A DNA stretch of 64,000 nucleotides, taken from the IMG/VR virus record IMGVR_UViG_3300035070_002626, positions 186,001 through 250,000 of that record, one strand, 5' to 3'. Position numbers and translations under genes: made by a program. The notes under the pieces were generated by a model that saw nothing but the letters and a program-made list of their open reading frames with translations, ran no database searches and was not told the origin of the DNA. Position 1 is the stretch's first letter, and each line of letters starts with the position of its first letter. Positions 36,344 through 45,800 of this stretch are shown here, piece after piece.

Positions 36344-36354
36344 GGAGATATAAA

Positions 36355-36759
36355 ATGGAAACTTTTACATACAGCGATGATGGTTTCTCAGACCTTCACA
36401 AAGATGTTTACGGATTTCGCCCACGTGGCATTATCCTTAGCAACTGGAACATTCTGCCACCTGCTGAAAAGAAAGTTCGTTGGGATCAACTTTGTGAAGA
36501 GCTTGAAGCAAATACTAAGTTTAAAAACGAACAAGAAGTTAAGGCAGTAGCTCGGTTTGAAGATCGGATTCAAGATGCAATTAGTCTTGGTGCTAGTAAC
36601 CGTGTTGAGGCTCTTCGCTGGATTACTGGCTCTGAAACTTTTTATCACGGACAAGATGTAGAGCATTTTGTTTGGGAGCAAGGTATTTTATTTACTAAGT
36701 ATGGTAAGCAATTAGTAAAAGATCTTTTACTAGTTGTTGAATATAAGGAGTGTGCATAA
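36355..36759 (+). CDS. Early hypothetical protein
   Basis: 134 aa; AAGGAG SD; SDLHKDVYGFRPRG motif. Confidence 0.7.
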   Translation: METFTYSDDGFSDLHKDVYGFRPRGIILSNWNILPPAEKKVRWDQLCEELEANTKFKNEQEVKAVARFEDRIQDAISLGASNRVEALRWITGSETFYHGQDVEHFVWEQGILFTKYGKQLVKDLLLVVEYKECA

Positions 36760-36948
36760 ATGAGCATGAATCACGATGCAAAGCCTATAGACGAAGAACT
36801 AGAACGTATGAAGGCCGAGTTTCTTGCTAAAGGCGGCGAAGTTACCAAAGGAAAAACCAAAGCTATGGCAAGTGAACTTGGCATCAGCAACAATACATGG
36901 AATAACAAACTGACCAAAGCTGAAAAAGATGCAAAGGCAGGTAAATGA
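36760..36948 (+). CDS. Small early hypothetical protein
   Basis: 62 aa, AAGGAG upstream; EFLAKGGEV motif. Confidence 0.6.
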   Translation: MSMNHDAKPIDEELERMKAEFLAKGGEVTKGKTKAMASELGISNNTWNNKLTKAEKDAKAGK

Positions 36949-37229
36949 TCAAGAGTTTGTTATTAATAGGAATGTTAGGATCAGCAGCTGATGCCAGAGA
37001 AGCAATAGTTATCGGTAGTGGTGTTGATGATAAAGGATTTAGGTGGTCTACTGGATACACCGATGAGTATAGTTCATGTGGTGATGTACTTGAAAAATTA
37101 AATAAAGATTTCTCAAATTTTCAAATCGAATACACTTATAATTATCGCACATACGATCAAGGATTTGTGGTATATTATACTGACAATGGTGGTACCACAC
37201 TCTGGATGTGCCATCACAATTCGTTTTAA
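36945..37229 (+). CDS. Small protein with signal-peptide-like N-terminus
   Basis: MIKSLLLIGMLGSAADA/R; ATGA overlap with the upstream stop. Confidence 0.55.
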   Translation: MIKSLLLIGMLGSAADAREAIVIGSGVDDKGFRWSTGYTDEYSSCGDVLEKLNKDFSNFQIEYTYNYRTYDQGFVVYYTDNGGTTLWMCHHNSF

Positions 37230-37271
37230 TCAATAGCATGCAAGCGATAAATACATGCAGAGGAATACTGT

Positions 37272-38597
37272 ATGCCACGCTTGAGTTTATATCGACCAAA
37301 TCGCCAAAACGATTACAAATTTATTGACCGTACTATATCTGAAATGTATCAGGTTGGCGGAGTTGATATGTTTGTCCACAAATACCTTGGGCCACAACCG
37401 CACGGCGATGATAGCTCAAGTGTTAGCGGTGGTACACAAGATGCTACACAACCGGCATACAGCACTGAATCGCCACTGTTTATCGAAGATTTATTCCTGC
37501 TTGAAAACAGAGATCGCAAATACGACGATGATGTTTACGAGATGCGGGGCGTTTACAATTCACAAGATGTTGATTTTGACTTGAGCCAATTCGGTTTGTT
37601 TTTAAACAATGACACATTGTTCATTACATTCCATTATAACTTTATGATCGACACGCTGGGACGCAAACTGATGAACGGTGACGTTCTTGAGCTGCCTAAC
37701 CTTAAGGATTTTCATCCTCTTGACAGTGGCATTGCTAAAGCAATACCCAAGTATTATGTAATACAAGATGCTTCGTTTGCCAGTGAAGGGTTTAGTCAAA
37801 CTTGGCTACCTCACTTGTGGCGTGTTAAAGCAACTCCTCTAGTTGGCGCACAAGAATACAACGATATTCTCAAAAAGCCATTTGAAGTTGACAATATTTG
37901 GGACAATGGAAATTATTACCCAAGTGGTAGTATTGTGTTGTTTGGCAATCAGTATTACCAAGCAAAGATTGACACACCAGTTGGTACCGAAATTACCAAT
38001 ACTGTGCATTGGAAAGAGATTGAGCCTAAGAGTGAACTCGCAACATTTGGTACAGTTACTAAAGATCTCGAAATCAACAATGCTATTCTTACACAAGCAG
38101 AGTACGAAGTTCCACTAAGCGGATACGACACTGTAGAGTTTTATATTGTACCTACAAACGAAGATGGTACACCTGCTGACCCTGATAGCTACACAGTTGA
38201 CGAAACTGGTATCACAGTCGACACAACAGATGTTAATGTCGACGGGCAACCCCAGTCCCCGAGAGCCAATGGATACACGCTAGGATATCTAACCGGTGAC
38301 GGTATTGCACCAAACGGATTACCAGTTACACCTGGTATCAGCTTTCCTCCTGGGCCACACGAAGGAGACTTTGCTTTGAGACTTGATTACTTTCCTAATA
38401 GACTTTTTCGCTACAACGGCACACGCTGGGTTAAGTACGAAGACAATGTAAGAACTGATCTTACTCCAGGTGCGTCAAACCAGACACTTCGTAGTAGTTT
38501 TGTTAACAATACAAACGAAACGCAAACATTGGATCGCGGAGAAATACCAGAGCGCCAGGGTCTTAACCACTTACTAAAACCACAGGCTGATAATTAA
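37272..38597 (+). CDS. Neck/head-closure protein (gp14-like) with an inserted CBM5/12-like module
   Basis: GGVDMFVHKYLG, DLFLLENRDRKY, LSQFG, GDVLELP, HLWRVK; TAAATA at 37248-53 plus AGGA SD. Confidence 0.65.
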   Translation: MPRLSLYRPNRQNDYKFIDRTISEMYQVGGVDMFVHKYLGPQPHGDDSSSVSGGTQDATQPAYSTESPLFIEDLFLLENRDRKYDDDVYEMRGVYNSQDVDFDLSQFGLFLNNDTLFITFHYNFMIDTLGRKLMNGDVLELPNLKDFHPLDSGIAKAIPKYYVIQDASFASEGFSQTWLPHLWRVKATPLVGAQEYNDILKKPFEVDNIWDNGNYYPSGSIVLFGNQYYQAKIDTPVGTEITNTVHWKEIEPKSELATFGTVTKDLEINNAILTQAEYEVPLSGYDTVEFYIVPTNEDGTPADPDSYTVDETGITVDTTDVNVDGQPQSPRANGYTLGYLTGDGIAPNGLPVTPGISFPPGPHEGDFALRLDYFPNRLFRYNGTRWVKYEDNVRTDLTPGASNQTLRSSFVNNTNETQTLDRGEIPERQGLNHLLKPQADN

Positions 38598-39985
38598 TGC
38601 AACAGTTTTTTTATGACGAGCAAATACGAAGATTTTTACTTCAAGTTACAAGAGTTTTCAGTAACTTCCAAGTTGAATACGGGCGTGACGAGTCAACAAA
38701 TGCAGCCAGCTTGTATCGAGTACCTGTGCGCTATGGCGATGCAAGTCGAAATGCAGCAACTATTATGCAGCAAAACAGTGCCAATTCTTTACCAAGCACC
38801 CCTTTAATTACATTCCATGTTACCAATTTAAACTATGCTCGTGACCGCATGCAAGAACCTTATTTTGTTGAAAAGCAAAATGTAAGGCAACGCTATTGGG
38901 ATACAGACACTGAATCATACGAAACAACCCAGGGCACAGCTTTTACTGTTGAAAAACTCATGCCTGTGCCGTACGATCTTGAAATTAATGTAGATATATG
39001 GACGTCTAATACCAATCAAAAATTGCAGTTGCTAGAACAAATACTAACACTGTTTAATCCAAGTTTGGAAATTCAAAGCACAGATAATTTTATTGACTGG
39101 ACGAGCCTTAGCGTAATGTATCTTGAGCAGGTTTCGTGGAGTTCTCGATCGGTCCCGCAGGGCACAGACAACCCAATTGATATAGCAACTCTTAGATTTA
39201 AGATGCCTATTTGGATTAGTCCACCAGCTAAAGTTAAAAAACTTGGTGTTGTTCAAAAAATTATTGCTAGTGTACTTGATGCAAATGGCGATTATGCAGA
39301 AGCAATACACAACAACGATTTGCTATTAGGAACAAGACAAAAGTTTACTCCTTACAATTATCAAGTGTTGTTATTAGGAAACCAGTTACAAGTGCTAGAA
39401 ACCAAAGCAGTAGTAACCAACAACGACGGAACAGAAGTTCCAACATCACCACCAAGTAATCTTATGTGGCACACTGTAGTTGACTTGTACGGTTCTTTAC
39501 GCAACGGCATCAGTCAAGTCCGCATCGACAATCCATACGACGATACTGTTATTGTTGGCACAGTAGCATATCATCCATCTGACGATAGATTTTTGTTGTT
39601 TACTGTAGACACTGACACTATCCCACAGAACACATTAGATGCAGTTTCATCTATAGTTGATCCTCAACGAAACGGACCAGGTGCAGGACTTGATGCTGCC
39701 GCAACTGGACAAAGATACTTGTTTATTAATAACGCAACTGGTAGTTCTAAAGGCAACGCTGCGGCATGGAGAGGAACCGATGGTGCCCCACTGGTAGCTG
39801 TTGCAAATGATATTGTTGAGTACGATGGCACACGCTGGAATGTTGTGTTTGATAGTTCAAACCCAAGCGGAGTGCAATACACAACAAACATAACCACTGG
39901 TATACAATATCGATGGGCTAACAACGAATGGCTCAAGAGTTACGAAGGATTGTACCCAGAAGGTGAATGGAGCTTGGTACTTTGA
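38597..39985 (+). CDS. Tail terminator / sheath stabiliser (gp15-like) with C-terminal extension
   Basis: FFYDEQIRRFL, RVPVRYG, MPVPYDL, LEQILTLFNP, IDWTSL. Confidence 0.7.
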   Translation: MQQFFYDEQIRRFLLQVTRVFSNFQVEYGRDESTNAASLYRVPVRYGDASRNAATIMQQNSANSLPSTPLITFHVTNLNYARDRMQEPYFVEKQNVRQRYWDTDTESYETTQGTAFTVEKLMPVPYDLEINVDIWTSNTNQKLQLLEQILTLFNPSLEIQSTDNFIDWTSLSVMYLEQVSWSSRSVPQGTDNPIDIATLRFKMPIWISPPAKVKKLGVVQKIIASVLDANGDYAEAIHNNDLLLGTRQKFTPYNYQVLLLGNQLQVLETKAVVTNNDGTEVPTSPPSNLMWHTVVDLYGSLRNGISQVRIDNPYDDTVIVGTVAYHPSDDRFLLFTVDTDTIPQNTLDAVSSIVDPQRNGPGAGLDAAATGQRYLFINNATGSSKGNAAAWRGTDGAPLVAVANDIVEYDGTRWNVVFDSSNPSGVQYTTNITTGIQYRWANNEWLKSYEGLYPEGEWSLVL

Positions 39986-40425
39986 TTAGCGCCGTTGGTG
40001 TTTGGTTTTACAGTATACAAACCAATCGGTATCTTTATTTACTACGCAACGATCCTAAAAATCCTGGATGCTGGGGGTTGCCTGGGGGTAAAGTCGAAGC
40101 TGGTGAAAGTTTAAGTAATGCTATTCAGCGAGAATGCCAAGAAGAAATTGGTATGTGGCCAGAGATAGTTAAACTCGTGCCAATTGAACAGTTTACAAGT
40201 GCTGACGAAAATTTTAGTTATCATACATTCTTTTGCTTGATTAATGAAGAATTTGTCCCTGTGCTTAACAACGAGCATCACGGGTATTCGTGGATTGATT
40301 CGGGAGTTAGACCAAGGCCATTGCATCCTGGGTTATGGACTACTATTAAATTTGAAGAAGTATTAGAAAAAATTAATACTGTAAAGAAATTTTATATATC
40401 ACAGAGTGAAACGAACTTAGCATAA
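39967..40425 (+). CDS. Nudix hydrolase
   Basis: Nudix box GGKVEAGESLSNAIQRECQEEIG; LNNEHHGYSW; LHPG. Confidence 0.88.
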   Translation: MELGTLISAVGVWFYSIQTNRYLYLLRNDPKNPGCWGLPGGKVEAGESLSNAIQRECQEEIGMWPEIVKLVPIEQFTSADENFSYHTFFCLINEEFVPVLNNEHHGYSWIDSGVRPRPLHPGLWTTIKFEEVLEKINTVKKFYISQSETNLA

Positions 40426-41081
40426 TCCCATCTTTCCACATTTCTATTATTACGCCACACGTCCGGAGTAGGAATGTTGTCGCTTACGTGCACAAACTTT
40501 ACCGCCGGGTATGTTAGCATAACATTGTTTATTTGTGATATCGAAGTTTCATCTTTTTCAAATTTAGGATTTGTGCCGTCAACACCGATTAGAAATATTT
40601 CTTTATGTCCATCAAAGCATGCTAACCAGATTGCAACCGCAACTGATCGTCCCCTATACCCGTAAGGAACAAGATAAAATTCCCCAGGGGTTGTGATACA
40701 ATTTCGTGCGTTACTGTACACACTGGTTTTTTCAGTGTATTTTTCCTTAACTAATTCATCTAATACCGGAATATCAAAGTCAACATAAAAATCACACTGT
40801 ATCTCTCTCCAAGAGTCCTGGCAACCATAACTCTGCAAACGTTTACGTGATAAGTGGCCGCCGCTATGCCTCTGTATGTGATTTTTTAGATCAAATTTTC
40901 CGCCTGCGCTTGTATAAAAACGGCTTTCGCCGTGTCCAATTACTGCGGCACGACCTGAAATGTGTTGATTTTCAATTGGGTTATCAATCCATTCACGTTC
41001 TTGATGTTTTTTACCATCTTTGATTGTGTTGCTGATAATAACAAATTCCCCATCGTAATCTGTGCGATATCTTTCAGACAT
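40392..41081 (-). CDS. Maf/DUF115 (MptE-like) Rossmann-fold protein
   Basis: AAVIGHGESR, SYGC, ACFDGHKEIFLIGVD; paralogous to 55367..55954. Confidence 0.5.
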   Translation of the reverse strand: MSERYRTDYDGEFVIISNTIKDGKKHQEREWIDNPIENQHISGRAAVIGHGESRFYTSAGGKFDLKNHIQRHSGGHLSRKRLQSYGCQDSWREIQCDFYVDFDIPVLDELVKEKYTEKTSVYSNARNCITTPGEFYLVPYGYRGRSVAVAIWLACFDGHKEIFLIGVDGTNPKFEKDETSISQINNVMLTYPAVKFVHVSDNIPTPDVWRNNRNVERWDYAKFVSLCDI

Positions 41082-41096
41082 TTTTTATTATTACCT

Positions 41097-42722
41097 TTAT
41101 ATTTTTAACACGCACTCGACTAATTTTTCAGCGATGTTTGTATTCGATTCAAGTGCAATACCAACTAAACAGCAACCAGTAAATTCTGCACTTGCGGTAC
41201 CATTGTCGCTGCAATAAACTGCATCACCTTTTTTAACTGCACCAACTACTCTAACCGGAACACGACCTTTAAGTCCAATTGCTTGCCCTTCACTGTCGCT
41301 ATTCATTAAGTATGCTGGTTCAAACGAAATAACACCAATTGCAATACTGTTTAACATAGCTGCATCAGTTTCATAATTATTATGTGTACTTACTTTCATA
41401 ACTGTACCAATTGGATATTCTTGATCAGTTGTGTATTTTTCTGCCAAGTCAGCATACTGTGCTGATGTTGATGTTGCTGTGATTGTGCCGGCACTAAAGT
41501 TGCCACTGCCATCACGTGCAACAATTGTACTTGCTGTGTTAGCACTAGTAGCATTTGATGTAACAGTAAATGTTCCACCTTCACTACTTGAACTACCACT
41601 TAACCCGACACCGCTAACTGCACCTGTTGCAACATAGTTGCCAGTTGTATCTGTTCCAAGGGCAACTGAATTGGACGCAATAGTAGTAGAAATACTAGCA
41701 GTATCTCCTGCGCTAGTAAATGTAGCACTACCTGTTACATCGCCTGTGAGAGAGACTGTAACTGCACTGCTCAAACCGCCAGCAGTACCGGTTGTATTTT
41801 GATTAAGTGTTGCCACACGTGCCGCTGCCACTGTGCCTGTGCTTATATTACTTCCATTCAACGCAGTTAAACTTGCGCCGCTGCCGCTAAATCCAGCCGA
41901 AGTCAACAAACCAGTGCTAGGATTGTATGTTAATCCACTGTCTTGTGTTACTGCACTTAGCGTGCCTGTTGTCGTCGAACCAACATAAATTAATCTTTCT
42001 GCATTAGTAGTTGTGTCACTACTTACGCTTGCGCCTCCACTTATAGAAGAAAAACTTAATGTTCCGCTGCCGTTTGTACTTAAAACTTGGCCACTTGAAC
42101 CATCCGAGGTTGGATAAGCCAACCCTGAAGCAGTTAAGTTACCAGCAATGGTTACATTACCACTTGCAGTAAGTGATGTAACTGCTGGTGTAAGACTTGG
42201 TGTGATAGTAAGTGTGTCAGTACCATCATTAGTTGTGAGTTCAATGTTTGTTCCGGCAACCAGGGTTAACGTGTCGCCGACCGCATCAGCAACAATACTG
42301 TTTTGTCCTGCTACTGCAAAAACTCCGTATGCTGCGGTACCATTCCTTGCAAATGTTAGTGCAGTTGTACCAACTGTAATTGGATCATCTGTTGTTAGTT
42401 TCCACTGAGTATCAGCATAGGTTGTACCTTCGGTGACCATAATAACTGTGCCAGCACTAATTTCACCAGTTGCATTTGCATCTAAGCTACGTGACCAAGT
42501 CCCGTTTGACCCAGATCCTAGTGTGGTTACATAATAAATTCCGTTTTGACTGCCGTCAGTTTGCCCAGTAACTAAAATTCTATCGTTAACTAATAAAGTT
42601 ACACCATCAATTACTACCGGAGTTCCGCCACTAAGTGTAATATTGGAGTTGGTCAGAGCTCTAGCAGTTTGTTTATAATCAATGTCTTGTAATTGGTGTG
42701 CCCGAGGCCTAGTTAATCCCAT
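41097..42722 (-). CDS. Tail fibre/spike protein with a C-terminal intramolecular-chaperone (peptidase G2-like) domain
   Basis: S/T/G-rich; QYADLAEKY...IGVIS..PAYLMN...GRVPVRV...GIALE. Start reassigned to MGLTRP downstream of TAAATA (42751-56). Confidence 0.7.
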   Translation of the reverse strand: MGLTRPRAHQLQDIDYKQTARALTNSNITLSGGTPVVIDGVTLLVNDRILVTGQTDGSQNGIYYVTTLGSGSNGTWSRSLDANATGEISAGTVIMVTEGTTYADTQWKLTTDDPITVGTTALTFARNGTAAYGVFAVAGQNSIVADAVGDTLTLVAGTNIELTTNDGTDTLTITPSLTPAVTSLTASGNVTIAGNLTASGLAYPTSDGSSGQVLSTNGSGTLSFSSISGGASVSSDTTTNAERLIYVGSTTTGTLSAVTQDSGLTYNPSTGLLTSAGFSGSGASLTALNGSNISTGTVAAARVATLNQNTTGTAGGLSSAVTVSLTGDVTGSATFTSAGDTASISTTIASNSVALGTDTTGNYVATGAVSGVGLSGSSSSEGGTFTVTSNATSANTASTIVARDGSGNFSAGTITATSTSAQYADLAEKYTTDQEYPIGTVMKVSTHNNYETDAAMLNSIAIGVISFEPAYLMNSDSEGQAIGLKGRVPVRVVGAVKKGDAVYCSDNGTASAEFTGCCLVGIALESNTNIAEKLVECVLKI

Positions 42723-42786
42723 GTTAGACGCAATCCTTGTTCGTTGCATGTATTTACCTTTGTAGCACACACAAGAGTTTCCAGCC

Positions 42787-42815
42787 AAAAAAATAGCAGG
42801 GCGAACCCTGCTATT
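42787..42815 (-). terminator. Rho-independent terminator with UUCG loop
   Basis: AATAGCAGGG-TTCG-CCCTGCTATT followed by a U run. Confidence 0.9.
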
Positions 42816-42835
42816 CTTAATATTTTAAGTAATGA

Positions 42836-45800
42836 TTACATCATTAGTGCTAGTACTTCGATAACGCCTTCTCCGCCTTCGTGAGCTTCGATTGCTTTAC
42901 CAATTACTGTACCCATTGCTGCATCGTTGTTAGCCATTGCACGACCATTACCAGCTGATACCATCAAGTCACCTGCTGCTACTGGACCTGTTACCTTACA
43001 AGGAACACGACCTGCTAGTGCAAGAGCAACACCTTCTTGTGTGCTGTTCATCAAGTGAGCTGGATCAGTTGAGATAATGCCTGCTACTGCACGACAGTTT
43101 TCACTGTCACATGCTGCAACTTTGCCTTCTCCGCCAAACATTACAACAGTACCTGCTTCAATGTCTGCATCAGCTGCATACATCTCTGCCAAGTCAGCGT
43201 ATTGTGCTGAAGTTGCTGTTGCTGTGATTGTACCGGCACTAAAGTTACCACTACCATCGCGGAATACAATTGTATTAGCTGTGCTTGCGCTTGTAGCGTT
43301 TGATGTAACAGTAAATGTTCCACCTTCACTACTTACACTACCACTAATACCACTACCTGATGTAGCACCTGTACCAACATAGTTACCAGTTGTATCAGTA
43401 CCTAGTGCAACCGAGTTAGCTGCAATAGTTGCTGTTAGTGTAGCATTACCAAGGTTAGTAAGTGTTGCACTACCAGTCAAGTCACCAGCAAGTGTAATTG
43501 TTGGATCAGCAGTATTTGTAGTTGCAATAGTAATACCTGAACTACCATCAAAGTTAGCAGTACCAGTTACAGCGCCACTGAGTGCAATTGCTCTAGGTGT
43601 AGTTAATTTTGCAGCACTACCAGTTGTGTTTTGGTTAAGTGTACCAACTGTTGCTGTTAGTGTAGCATCACCTAGGTTAGTAAGTGTTGCACTACCAGAT
43701 AGATCACCAGCAAGTGTAATTGTTGGATCACTTGTTGCAGTTGTTGCAATAGTAATACCTGAACTACCATCAAAGTTAGCAGTACCAGTTACAGCACCAC
43801 TAAGTGCAATTGCTCTAGCAGTTGAAAGTGTGTCAGCACTACCAGTTACATCACCTACTACGTCACCAGTCATACCAGCCGCAGTAAAGGTTGCACTTAA
43901 TGTGCCGCCTCTTGTAACTGTAACATCGCCATTTAAGGCAGTAGCAACACTAGTTGTGCCATTTTGGATCTGTGTAGCGTCAATGCCGGTTAGCTGACTA
44001 CCGTCACCAATAAAGCTGGTTGCCGCAATGTTACCACTAGCAGTTAAGTTACCAGTTACATTAGCACCGTCTGTTGTAGCAATCATAGATGCTACACCAC
44101 CAGCAGTAATGTTAACGTTACCGTTTGCACCTGCAAAATCAACAAGCGAACTACCACTTTGGATACTATCACCAGCAATTTCAACTGCGTCATCAATTAC
44201 ACCTGGTGTTGTACCATCTGGGCCAAAGAAGCCGATAGCATTACCGCCTGTGTTTTTAATAACAACGTTACCAAGTGTGATTGTACTACCTGCTAGGAAC
44301 AATTCGTTCCAGCGTTTAGTATCACTACCAAGGTTTTGTGCTACGTTTGCTGCTGGCAACAAGTTACCAGTAACTTCAACAGTTGGTGCACCACTTAGTG
44401 CTTCAACTATTGCAGTTGCATCACCGTTTGATAGAGAAACAATACTCGTTGTGGTTGTGATTTCACGAACTTCAATTGTATCGCCTGTTGCCGGAGCTTC
44501 AGTAAATGTCAATGCTGTTCCGCTAACACCGTATGCTGTAGTTGGTAGCTGTACCACACCGTTAATACTAACAATAACACTAGCAGTTGTTTGAGTTGAC
44601 TGTAGCGTAAATGCTACTGTACTATCATCACCTGAGAATGTTTCACTAGCAATAACTGTGAATTCAACACCAGCTGTTGCCCAGCTGTCATTATCGTAGA
44701 ATTCAAACTGATCCAATGAAGTATTGAAACGAATCATACCAGTTGCTGGGGTACCAGGTCGTTGTGCTGTAGAACCAACCGGAATCATCATACTTTCAGT
44801 GCCTGTTACTTTAAGCGTAGCACCTGCGGTTTGAGTAGCGTTTTCACCGATAGCAACTGTTGAAGTACCTGCATCTGCTAGTACATATGCATTACCTGCT
44901 GCGTTCTCAATGAGAACATCAACATCTTGACTGTCAGTGTTTAGTGTAATAGTTTCACCAGCACTATCAATACTATCAGTATTAACGGTAATGTTACCGA
45001 AAGTACCTGCATCTGCAAAGACACCAGTAGTATTGACATTACCTGAGTCAACATTGCCACTGAATGTAGCAGCAACACCACCTGTGATTGTACCAGCTGT
45101 TGAACTCAATGTTCCATCAGTTAGTGTACCACCTGTTACAGTACCACTTGCTGTTAGTGTAGTTGCATCAACCAATGTTGTGTTAACATTACCTGAGTCA
45201 ACATTGCCACTGAATGTAGCAGCAACACCACCTGTTAGTGTACCGGCAGTAATACTTGCAGTACCGTCTGTTAGTGTGCCACCTGTTACAGTGCCACTTG
45301 CAGTTACAGTAGTTGCATCAACCAATGTTGTGTTAACATTACCACTATCAACGTTACCACTGAATGTAGCAGCAACACCACCTGTGATTGTACCACCAGT
45401 TGAACTTAGTGTACCATCAGTTAGTGTACCACCAGTTACAGTACCACTTGCAGTCAATGTAGTTGCATCAACCAATGTTGTGTTAACATTACCTGAATCA
45501 ACATTGCCACTAAATGTAGCAGCAACACCACCTGTAATACTACCAGCATTTAGACTTGCAGTACCATCAGTTAGTGTAGCACCTTCGACAGTACCTGACG
45601 CTGTTACAGAGACAGTTGTTACATCTGCTTGTGATACAATATTACCACCAGTTACATTACCGACTGCTGTTAGTGCCTGTGCTTCAAGTGCACCACCTGT
45701 AATCAAGTTACCAGCAGTTACATTACCACTAAACGTAGCAGCAACACCACCTGTAATACTACCAGCAGTAATACTTGCAGTACCGTCTGTTAGTGTGCCA

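Noticed and set aside
42723-42788. ORF-track N-terminal extensions (also 10049-10087, 18950-18982, 33883-33897, 60597-60638)
   Set aside because: They overlap terminators, promoters or upstream genes; downstream ATGs have SD sequences, translational coupling or promoter support.
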